Shown: positions 46,996 to 53,515 of the stretch, piece by piece
How positions within the stretch are numbered: the first letter of the stretch is position 1
Layout of the letters: each line of letters starts with the position of its first letter
Assembly: GCA_050874925.1 (NCBI GenBank)
Contig: JBNMLQ010000001.1
Span: 1-53,515 of the forward strand
Length of the DNA stretch: 53,515 bases
Source of the DNA: Candidatus Enterosoma sp.
GTDB taxonomy: Bacteria > Bacillota_I > Bacilli_A > RFN20 > CAG-288
Direction of reading: 5' to 3'
Position numbers and translations under genes: made by a program
Notes under the pieces: model-generated
Database searches by the model: none
Told to the model about the DNA's origin: nothing
The model's input: the letters and a program-made list of their open reading frames with translations, nothing else

Positions 46996-48381
46996 TCATT
47001 TCACAATCCACTTTTTTGACTTAGTCTTCCCCTGGATTTCAATGATTCCGCGTTCCTTTAAAATTTTGATATATCTGGCCACAGTTCGCTCCCCGGCGCC
47101 AGTGTTCGAAGCTATTTCCTTCATTGAAATTGTTGGATTTTTTTCTAAACAGCCGATTATTGCGGATTCGATGCTACTGAGTTTGTATCCATTTGTGCCA
47201 TTATTTATGCCAGGTCTGGCATAAATGGCATTATCTATTGTGACGCTAAAGAACGAATCGCTTTTGAAGCGAACATGGTTCGGTTGGCCGCCGAAAAGCG
47301 CATTTGTCTTATTCGTGATGTTCTCAAGCCCAGAGCCTCTTCTGTTCATCAGCCTCATTCTCCAAAACACATCCGCTATAACAGGATTCCGTCTCGATGA
47401 TTTCATGGTGAAATCCACGAACTCCGGGAGTCTGTCTCCGCTATACATGCCACCCGGCGATGTTATCTCTATCCTGTCATCATACATATTGAGACAGACT
47501 TCGGCCCCCATATTGTTGTAATCCCTATGAATCAGGCCATTCACCAAAGCCTCATGTACCGCTTCTCTGTCGTACTCCTTCTGATACAAAGTATCTCCAT
47601 CCTGCTTCTTCCACTTCACCGTGGAATGAACGTCAAAAAAAGAAATGGCGTCATCCAGTTGCCGCAGGATTGATCCGCCAAACTCCTTATCGTCATCGAC
47701 CTCATCCTCGTTTACTTTATCGAACCCGTTCCATTTCGTGGCGAACAAGCGGCAGCTGATAAACGGAGGATTGTCAGACAACAGCAATCCTGCATTCGTC
47801 AGATACCCATCCTTTGTTGCCAACATGAAAGAGACAAAATCATCATCTGAGAATACCGTTCCCGTCCTCTCTAGGAATTTCGCCTTCAGGACGGCAAAGG
47901 AAAAATCTTCAATCCTATGTCCAGTGACTATGGAATCGAACGTCCTTCCTGTCCCTTTCAGTATCAGCTCATTCAGTATGTAATTAGGCGCTTCGATAGA
48001 TTCGTTCCCGGAACGTATATACGCCATCCTCACTCCGTCAGATCTGTAATAGTATGGCGTCGATTGCGACGGCGCCACCCGAAGCTCAATCAGATTCATA
48101 CCGTCTTCCAAAAACGGGATGATCCTATATATCGGCTTCGGCTCGATTCTTTGGTTTACCAATTCGGATATCTTATCGCAAGAAGACTTCACATCCTTGA
48201 GGCCGATAGCCACGCCGTTGTCATTTACGCCAAAGTACAAAGAACCTCCTACCCCATTCGCGAAGGCCGAGACGGATTTAAGCCAACTTCTTGGCTTTGA
48301 CACTTCAACCTCTCTTTTGAAATCATAGTCAGAACACTCTGCGATAAGTTTTGCAAGCATATGAATCACTTCTAGAGACAT
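46996..48381 (-). CDS. AlbA_2 (Schlafen-like) + HATPase_c_4 + C-terminal winged-helix protein ('RecG-like ATP-binding putative regulator' family)
   Basis: 461 aa. ECSDYDFKREV...VSAFANGVGGSLYFGVNDNG (AlbA_2). EALVNGLIHRDYNNMGAEVCLNMYDDRIEITSPGG and RRNPVIADVF...RRGSGLENI (HATPase_c_4). MKEIASNTGAGERTVARYIKILKERGII (wHTH). Confidence 0.8.
   Translation of the reverse strand: MSLEVIHMLAKLIAECSDYDFKREVEVSKPRSWLKSVSAFANGVGGSLYFGVNDNGVAIGLKDVKSSCDKISELVNQRIEPKPIYRIIPFLEDGMNLIELRVAPSQSTPYYYRSDGVRMAYIRSGNESIEAPNYILNELILKGTGRTFDSIVTGHRIEDFSFAVLKAKFLERTGTVFSDDDFVSFMLATKDGYLTNAGLLLSDNPPFISCRLFATKWNGFDKVNEDEVDDDKEFGGSILRQLDDAISFFDVHSTVKWKKQDGDTLYQKEYDREAVHEALVNGLIHRDYNNMGAEVCLNMYDDRIEITSPGGMYSGDRLPEFVDFTMKSSRRNPVIADVFWRMRLMNRRGSGLENITNKTNALFGGQPNHVRFKSDSFFSVTIDNAIYARPGINNGTNGYKLSSIESAIIGCLEKNPTISMKEIASNTGAGERTVARYIKILKERGIIEIQGKTKSKKWIVK
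47203..47226. repeat. Perfect 10-4-10 palindrome of the ATTTATGCCA box inside the AlbA_2-type gene
   Basis: ATTTATGCCA-GGTC-TGGCATAAAT, with a degenerate extra box ATTTGTGCCA at 47191..47200. Confidence 0.7.
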
Positions 48382-48388
48382 TACACGG

Positions 48389-48448
48389 AATTTATGCCAT
48401 TAATGCCATCATTTATGCCATCATTTATGCCAAAAGCGTGGCATAAAT
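48389..48448. promoter_or_regulatory. Array of ATTTATGCCA boxes immediately upstream of the AlbA_2-type gene (candidate operator/iterons)
   Basis: TTTATGCCA (48391), TTAATGCCA (48400), ATTTATGCCA (48411) and ATTTATGCCA (48423) are direct copies, the last two at a 12-bp period. TGGCATAAAT (48439) is inverted and forms a 10-6-10 palindrome with the fourth box. Confidence 0.5.
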
Positions 48449-48454
48449 CATCAT

Positions 48455-48927
48455 TTGTGGATTCAAGAATTTTCGACAGCGCAGCAAAACCTCCCAGCAA
48501 CCGGATTTATTAGAACCGATTCTTTTGATCAGTCCTTTCCTTCGCAACGATTCAAACACCCTTTGAATAGTTCTAGGCTTTTCCCAATGATGACAGATAT
48601 CCCAATTGCAGACATGGACCTGTCCTTATTCAATAAGTCAAGCACCTTTTTTTCCATGTCAGTTATTGCGACATTTGTTACGACATTTATTGTGACATTC
48701 CTGTCAGTTCTCGAAAACTCCAAAGAAAATATGAAGCCACCTGCTCTCAACAATTGAAAGTTCCTCAATCCGTTTAACCATGATGATGTGACCTCTTGTC
48801 AAGTCTTTTTGAAAACAGCAATTCCACAAGAATCAATAACGCGGCATGTCTATTCCGGAAAAAAGGTGAAATCCACCTTTTTTCGGAGTGCCATATGGAA
48901 ATCAAAAGAGACAGACGGAGAATCATA
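48455..48927 (-). pseudogene. N-terminally truncated, frameshifted paralogue of the AlbA_2/HATPase_c_4/wHTH gene
   Basis: Three frames together read ...IDSCGIAVFKK / LNGLRNFQLLRAGGFIFSLEFSRTDRNVTINVVTNVAITDMEKKVLDLLNKDRSMSAIGISVIIGKS / PRTIQRVFESLRRKGLIKRIGSNKSGCWEVL. There is an internal TAG and no AlbA_2 half. Confidence 0.5.
48721..48927. repeat. Direct repeat copy B (~207 bp)
   Basis: See copy A. The offset is 2660 bp. Similarity ends sharply at 48721 / 46061. Confidence 0.8.
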
Positions 48928-49002
48928 TGGATATCCGTTCATAATCAATTTAATCGGAGAAACCGTATTTCACTACATAAGAACATTCATACTTATCGTT
49001 TC

Positions 49003-49051
49003 ACAAAAAAAGACATCCCATAGGAGAGCGTTCTCATAAATAGGATGTCTT
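49003..49051 (-). terminator. Intrinsic terminator of the 158-aa orphan gene
   Basis: Minus strand reads AAGACATCC...GGATGTCTT (9 bp, extendable with a G-U pair) followed by T7, 8 nt after the stop. Confidence 0.7.
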
Positions 49052-49058
49052 GTTTTTA

Positions 49059-49535
49059 TCAGTTGTTCTTCTCTTCGGCAAAGATGACGGCCCAGCGGTT
49101 GTTGAAGTCGCCATAGCAGTTCTCATAGAAACGGATGAAGAGGACATAGTCCTTCTTGGAATCTCCGACAAAAATCAATCTGCTATCCTTCTTGGTATAG
49201 TTGAAGGTTCTCTTTTCGTTGTCGGAATAGATATCGAGGGCATTCTCGACCTTGAAGAGATGTACGGCATCTCCTTCCAAGGTATAGCCGTGATTATATC
49301 CTTCCACTTCCGGAAGAGCGACGGCAAGTCCGTCTCCTGTCAGGAAACGGATTTCTCCATGATGGAGCTTTCCTTCAAAGACGAATTCCTCGACATCCTC
49401 GGAGAAGTCGGACTTTCTCTTCATGAGGGGATAGACATTGCCAAAGGCAACATCATCAAGGTAGATGCCTTCCTTGAAATCGCTGAAGTCTACTTTTGCA
49501 ATCGGCTTTCTGTTTCTTTTTACCGGCTTGGCCAT
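49059..49535 (-). CDS. Hypothetical protein (no recognisable family)
   Basis: 158 aa. GGAG SD, its own terminator, basic N-terminus MAKPVKRNRKPIAK. Confidence 0.6.
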   Translation of the reverse strand: MAKPVKRNRKPIAKVDFSDFKEGIYLDDVAFGNVYPLMKRKSDFSEDVEEFVFEGKLHHGEIRFLTGDGLAVALPEVEGYNHGYTLEGDAVHLFKVENALDIYSDNEKRTFNYTKKDSRLIFVGDSKKDYVLFIRFYENCYGDFNNRWAVIFAEEKNN

Positions 49536-49786
49536 ACGTTTCTGTTCTCCTTCGAATGTTCCTTCTTATAGGTTTCCATTCCCATAATCATTATTATTTA
49601 GTTTAATGCTTTCCACGCTCAAATGAAAGAATTTTGGCATATTTTATCCTGAAAGCGATTCGATATCGAAATCGATGAAGGAATTTCTATTCAAAAACAC
49701 CCTTCAACGTCATCCACGATTGAAAAAAGTACTTTCAGGTTTCTTTTTGCAATACTTCCGATGTCGTTTATGGTAAACTTGTTGCA

Positions 49787-50692
49787 ATGAATAAAGAGAT
49801 ACTGAGTCTGAAGGTCAGAGACTATGTCATCGTCATCTTTCTTGCCTTGACAGGGATTCTTTTTGGGTCTTTCTTTGACCTGTCAATTTCAAAGGGAATC
49901 GTCAATCCTTCTTCTGCCTTCGGAGGTTTCATCGAGACCATCGGCTTCCTCTTCTCCTTCTTGATGATTCCTCTTGGATGCGTCATGATCTTCAAAGGAC
50001 TCATGGAGGATAAAAGGAAACCATTGAAGATCCTAGGATATGTCATCCTGATTCTAGGCCTTGCGCTAGGTATCTACTTCTGCTATAGCCACATCCATAT
50101 CACCAGTCCGGACAAGAACTATGGTATCCGTCTATCGAACCTATCATCCATCCTGATATCCATCTTCATCAACATCCTCTTTGTCGTATTGCTTCTTTTT
50201 GAAATCAAGAAGGACAAGAAAGAATATCTTATCAGAGCTGGTATCACCATCCTAGTTGTCACCCTGATACAGTTTCTCTTTGTCGAGCTTATCAAGAACA
50301 TCGCCTGCAGACCTAGATATCGTTATCTCATCGATACGGGACTGAACACTTCAAATGAATCCTTTCATTCCTGGTGGCAGTTTTCTCCTTTTTCCTATAA
50401 GGATGACTACCATAAGTCCTATCCTAGCGGACATACGGCCAATTCTGCCGTCACCCTCCTTCTACCTCTTCTTTGTCCAGTCCTTCGCCATCCTTTCAAA
50501 TATGATAAGACCATCTTATTCCTTGCAGGATTATCCTATACGCTCCTTGTCGCCTTTTTCCGTATCTATTATGGAGCACATTATCTAAGTGATGTAAGCT
50601 TCGGTCTTCTCTTTACCACGCTCATCATCCTTCTTGTCCTATTCATCCAAAGTACCATCTATCGAAGAAAAAACGAAAAAACACAGGAATAA
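49787..50692 (+). CDS. PAP2-family membrane phosphatase
   Basis: 301 aa. The three PAP2 motifs: KNIACRPRYRY, YPSGHTA, RIYYGAHYLSDV. Confidence 0.85.
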   Translation: MNKEILSLKVRDYVIVIFLALTGILFGSFFDLSISKGIVNPSSAFGGFIETIGFLFSFLMIPLGCVMIFKGLMEDKRKPLKILGYVILILGLALGIYFCYSHIHITSPDKNYGIRLSNLSSILISIFINILFVVLLLFEIKKDKKEYLIRAGITILVVTLIQFLFVELIKNIACRPRYRYLIDTGLNTSNESFHSWWQFSPFSYKDDYHKSYPSGHTANSAVTLLLPLLCPVLRHPFKYDKTILFLAGLSYTLLVAFFRIYYGAHYLSDVSFGLLFTTLIILLVLFIQSTIYRRKNEKTQE

Positions 50693-50749
50693 TCTTTCCT
50701 TTCTCTTTTTTTGGACTATAATCTTTACACCAGTTAGGAGGAAATAACT

Positions 50750-51448
50750 ATGGAAGAAATCAAATTCTGTCCTCGTTGTGGTCACGCCAACAAAGGCAGC
50801 TCCAATTTCTGTGAGAACTGCGGCGCTCCCTTAAATGACGAGACAAACGAAAATACACCCTACCATGCAGATCAGAGCTTCTCATCCCAGGCAAGCCAAA
50901 CCGCTTCCTTCAATGAAACACCTGTCATCGAGAAGACCAAATATCAGACACTCAACTATTCCCAGGCCCTAAGAAGCCTTCTCTTCGGAAATCCGATTCC
51001 TCTCATCTCCGGAAGTGTCATGTTCATCCTTCTTCTTTCTGACATCCTCATATCCTACTTCGTCACCAATACCATCGATACCTTCACGACACTTGGATTC
51101 ATCTTCTTGGCTATCGACCTGGTCTATCTCTTCTACTATCTCATCGTCAGTCCTCTTAGAAGCATCTCGATGAGCAAGCATCTCGATATCGAAGATTTCC
51201 GCATCTCCTTCTTCATGGATCGTCTACGCTATCAGATGAAGATGAACTACAAAGGCCAGGAAGCAAGAAACGACTTCTTCCTTCTCTACAAGGATATCTA
51301 CAAGGTCAAGGAATATAAGGATATGATGATTCTCGGCTTCTTTGTCAATGGTGCGATGGTCCCCATCTGTGTTCTCAAGGATGAGAACTATGATAAAACC
51401 ATCTCTCTCATGCAAAAGAGAATCGACGAAATCAGGAACAAGAAATAA
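50750..51448 (+). CDS. Zinc-ribbon membrane protein with a YcxB-like C-terminal domain
   Basis: 232 aa. N-terminal FCPRCGHANKGSSNFCENCGAPL, two TM helices, then a YcxB-like tail. Confidence 0.6.
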   Translation: MEEIKFCPRCGHANKGSSNFCENCGAPLNDETNENTPYHADQSFSSQASQTASFNETPVIEKTKYQTLNYSQALRSLLFGNPIPLISGSVMFILLLSDILISYFVTNTIDTFTTLGFIFLAIDLVYLFYYLIVSPLRSISMSKHLDIEDFRISFFMDRLRYQMKMNYKGQEARNDFFLLYKDIYKVKEYKDMMILGFFVNGAMVPICVLKDENYDKTISLMQKRIDEIRNKK

Positions 51449-51451
51449 GGT

Positions 51452-51478
51452 AAGGCCGGAGAAATCCGGTCTTTTCTT
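51452..51478 (+). terminator. Intrinsic terminator
   Basis: AAGGCCGGA-GAAA-TCCGGTCTT followed by a T-run. Confidence 0.6.
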
Positions 51479-51514
51479 AAGCTTTCATTTTTGCCACATT
51501 ATAGTATAATGTCT

Positions 51515-51615
51515 ACGTCATTGAGTAGGACGGATGCGTCAAGTGCCACCTGATGGGAGTTGCAGATGGACGAAGGCTATAGCCGCGGTATCCGTCTGCA
51601 TCCGCTTTGACGGAC
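51515..51615 (+). promoter_or_regulatory. THF (tetrahydrofolate, folT-motif) riboswitch
   Basis: GAGTAGGACGGATGCGTCAAGTG...TGGGAG...GACGAAGGC...GCCGCGGTATCCGTCTGCATCCGC follows the conserved blocks of the Eubacterium siraeum THF aptamer as I recall it (GAGUAG-AUGAUUCGCGUUAAGUG...UGGGAU...ACGAAGCG...GCGCGGUGAAUCAUUGCAUCCGC). It sits directly upstream of a folT-like gene. Confidence 0.8.
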
Positions 51616-51634
51616 TTCCCAGAAATGAGGTTCC

Positions 51635-52207
51635 ATGAGAAAAAAAGCCGTCTATCGACTATGTCTTGATTCTTTGCTAGCCGCCTTATATTTTGTTCTT
51701 TCCTTATATTCCGTGAAGATGGGAAACATCCGCATCACCTTTGCCAGCTTTGCCATCATCCTGTCAGGTCTTCTCTATAGTCCCTCTGATGCCTTGCTTG
51801 TCGCCTTTGTCGGTGAAATGCTGTCTCAGCTATTACAGTATGGTTTCACCCCGACGACCTTCCTATGGATCATCCCTTCCTTATTCCGGGCAGGCATGGT
51901 CTCTCTTTTCCAGGTCATCGCAAGAAGGAAAGGTACTTACCTTGAAAACCATCTTCTAGCCTATTCTCTCTCCATGCTTCTTACCTTCCTCTTGACGACT
52001 TCCATCAATACAGGTCTCATCTTCCTAGATGCCTACTTGATGAACTATCCTGTATCCTTTACCATCCTGGAGACCATCTTCCGCTTCCTTTCAAGCATCG
52101 TGACCTGTGTCATCGTATCGATTCTCTGCCTCTTCCTGGTCAAAGGTTTAAGCAAAGCCGATATCGGAAGGATTCCCTGCAGAAAAAAAGAGCCATCTAA
52201 GAAATAA
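51635..52207 (+). CDS. folT: ECF-transporter S-component, folate family (FolT-like)
   Basis: 190 aa, about 5-6 TM, with the THF riboswitch immediately upstream. Confidence 0.65.
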   Translation: MRKKAVYRLCLDSLLAALYFVLSLYSVKMGNIRITFASFAIILSGLLYSPSDALLVAFVGEMLSQLLQYGFTPTTFLWIIPSLFRAGMVSLFQVIARRKGTYLENHLLAYSLSMLLTFLLTTSINTGLIFLDAYLMNYPVSFTILETIFRFLSSIVTCVIVSILCLFLVKGLSKADIGRIPCRKKEPSKK

Positions 52208-52221
52208 CCATCGAAAGCTCA

Positions 52222-52611
52222 TTATAGGAACATGACCATGAAATGGGGTATGGTGAGCTTTTTTTCGTGATATCCTAAATTCGCATATGCCAACTTATAG
52301 ACCAGCTGTGGGTTTTCTTTTTCCAGGAATCGGTTTAATGATACAGTCGCCTTATTTCCAGCCTTGACTTCAATCGGTCTTACTTCGCCATCCTTTTCTA
52401 TCAGGAATTCCAATTCGGAATCATCATCAGGCTTATCGTAATGAAGCCCCTGCATTCTAACAAATTCTACGCGAGCAGAAACAGCATTCCATTTTTTTGC
52501 ATATTTTAGGATATCCGTTTTATCTCTTTTTGCATATTTTAGGATATCCCTTTTCTTCATTTTTGCATATTTCCGGATATTGTCATCCATAAAAAAAGGA
52601 TTCGATGGCAT
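52222..52611 (-). pseudogene. C-terminal remnant of a second DUF4143-type AAA ATPase gene (different subfamily from 45772..46080)
   Basis: The last ~85 aa (SELEFLIEKDGEVRPIEVKAGNKATVSLNRF...TIPHFMVMFL) match the family tail. The N-terminal ~45 codons are only the 33-bp repeats. No P-loop region. Confidence 0.5.
52496..52594. repeat. Three tandem 33-bp repeats, each carrying a GGATATCC-type palindromic box
   Basis: TTTGCATATTTTAGGATATCC at 52496 and 52529, and a degenerate copy TTTGCATATTTCCGGATAT at 52562. A further GGATATCC lies at 52615..52622. Confidence 0.8.
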
Positions 52612-52639
52612 CTTGGATATCCATGGAATCCTATGTGAA

Positions 52640-53515
52640 TCAGTCTTTTTTCTTTATTTTCGAAGCTTTTTTCTTCTTTTCTGACTTGCTTTTCTTCTTG
52701 GACTTCTTCGGAAGGATGATGTTCTGAAGCGGACCTGGCACATCGCTTTGGAACTGCTTGTAGATGTCCTCGGCGGCCTGGTTGCCGTTGATGAACTGGG
52801 TACCCATGCCATCCCCGGACATCTGATGGGCGCCGGCAAAGGCAAGGCCTTTGATCAGCTGCTCCTCTTCATGCTTCATGATCCTTGCCGCGACATTGTC
52901 GTCAAGGCTGGCAAGATATCCGTATATGCAACCCTGGAAGGATTTGCAGTAATGGGCGATGGAGACCGGGGTGATGAACTCGATATCAAGAATATGATCA
53001 AGCAGGTTCACACCAAGACGCCTGGACTCCTCTTGGATCATCTCCCTTGCGATGATGTGCTTCTTTTCATCATAGTTTTCTTCCGTGACATCCTTGAAGC
53101 TGTCCGGATAGGGAAGGGCAGTGATGGAATAGATGGTCTTTCCTTTCGGACAATAGTCAAGGACCTGATTGAAGCATACGGCCATGAAGTACTCATAGCC
53201 GTGGTCGGAATGGTAGGATTCCATGATCTTCTTGAAATCCAATCCGGAGGGGGCGACAAAGGTCATGTAATGGTCCATACCGAATTTCTCAGGAGGTTCA
53301 TCAAGAATCATGATGGTTGAAAAGACACTCATGCTGAGACTCTTGGCATTGAGCATCTGGAAAGCCTTCTGGGGAACCTCGCTTGGCGGTTCTATCATGT
53401 AGTTATAGACAGTATTGGGTTAGGGGCCGCTGACGACATAGTTGGAGGAGATTTCACTTCCGTCTATGAGCCTGACGCCGATGACATGTCCGTCCTTCAC
53501 CAGGATGTTCTTCAC
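52640..53515 (-). pseudogene. FAD-dependent oxidoreductase (CrtI/amine-oxidase superfamily, paralogue class of 39612..41177), 5' end outside the window, interrupted by an in-frame TAA
   Basis: The frame is continuous from 53515: ...VKNILVKDGHVIGVRLIDGSEISSNYVVSGP-TAA(53420..53422)-PNTVYNYMIEPPSEV... Lys-rich C-terminal tail KKSKKKSKSEKKKKASKIKKKD. Confidence 0.55.

Noticed and set aside
48389-48448. CRISPR array or minisatellite (also considered for 52496..52594)
   Set aside because: There are only 3-5 short units with no unique spacers of CRISPR size, and no cas genes in the window.
46061-48927. Interpreting the two ~208-bp repeats as the ends of an IS, MITE or integrated element
   Set aside because: They are direct rather than inverted repeats and are themselves fragments of a coding sequence. 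There is no transposase or integrase and no target-site duplication pattern. Paralogue decay or recombination explains them better.
48455-49039. Plus-strand ORFs 48455..48757, 48788..49039 and 48796..49023
   Set aside because: They lie over the minus-strand pseudogene remnant and a terminator, and have no SD or family resemblance.
51491-51510. Promoter for the THF riboswitch/folT (TTGCCA ... TATAAT)
   Set aside because: TATAAT at 51505-51510 is convincing, but the only good -35-like hexamer is just 8 nt away. I could not define a complete promoter, so it is not listed as a feature.
1-53515. Mollicutes-type genetic code (UGA = Trp), suggested by the r-protein features
   Set aside because: Several well-defined genes (for example the nitroreductase at 4978-4980 and the metal SBP) terminate at TGA at the position expected from family length. 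Trp is encoded by TGG throughout. All conserved genes are intact under code 11.

Overview
This 53.5-kb chromosomal window comes from a low-GC Gram-positive (Firmicutes-like) organism using the standard genetic code: TGA is used as a stop and TGG encodes Trp. The missing rpmD and the many extended r-proteins suggest an Erysipelotrichia/Mollicutes-related lineage, but that is inference only.

Layout:
- 1-5 kb: a membrane-anchored, domain-permuted GH3 glycosidase with a coupled lipoprotein, then an arsR-nitroreductase pair.
- 5.0-20.1 kb, minus strand: a complete S10-spc-alpha ribosomal super-operon (rpsJ through rplQ, including secY, adk, map, infA, rpmJ and rpoA).
- 20.3-33.2 kb: mixed metabolic and transport genes. 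These are a methyltransferase-like gene, a CMD-cupin fusion, a MATE pump, a DUF975/CmpB membrane fusion, a LUD-domain protein, a cupin, a fucO-like Fe-ADH, GH2, GH43 and an aldo-keto reductase.
- 33.3-38.0 kb: three lipoprotein genes, one of them 1024 aa and built from about eight copies of an unrecognised module of roughly 115 aa.
- 38.2-45.8 kb: merR, bioY, an FAD oxidoreductase, a metal ABC importer with a Fur-family repressor and a perfect 10-1-10 operator, an HD protein and a YhhN protein.
- 45.8-49.1 kb: a decayed accessory islet. It holds one intact AlbA_2/HATPase_c_4/wHTH gene, an orphan ORF, truncated paralogues, a DUF4143 ATPase tail and ~208-bp direct repeats.
- 49.1-53.5 kb: an orphan gene, a PAP2 phosphatase, a zinc-ribbon membrane protein, a THF riboswitch with folT, another DUF4143 tail preceded by 3 x 33-bp repeats, and an FAD oxidoreductase interrupted by an in-frame TAA.

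I found no tRNA or rRNA gene, CRISPR array, integrase or transposase.

The best candidates for something undescribed are the AlbA_2 islet with its iteron-like ATTTATGCCA boxes and the repeat-module lipoprotein locus. Neither can be assigned a function from sequence alone. All family calls rest on motif recognition by eye, with no database search.
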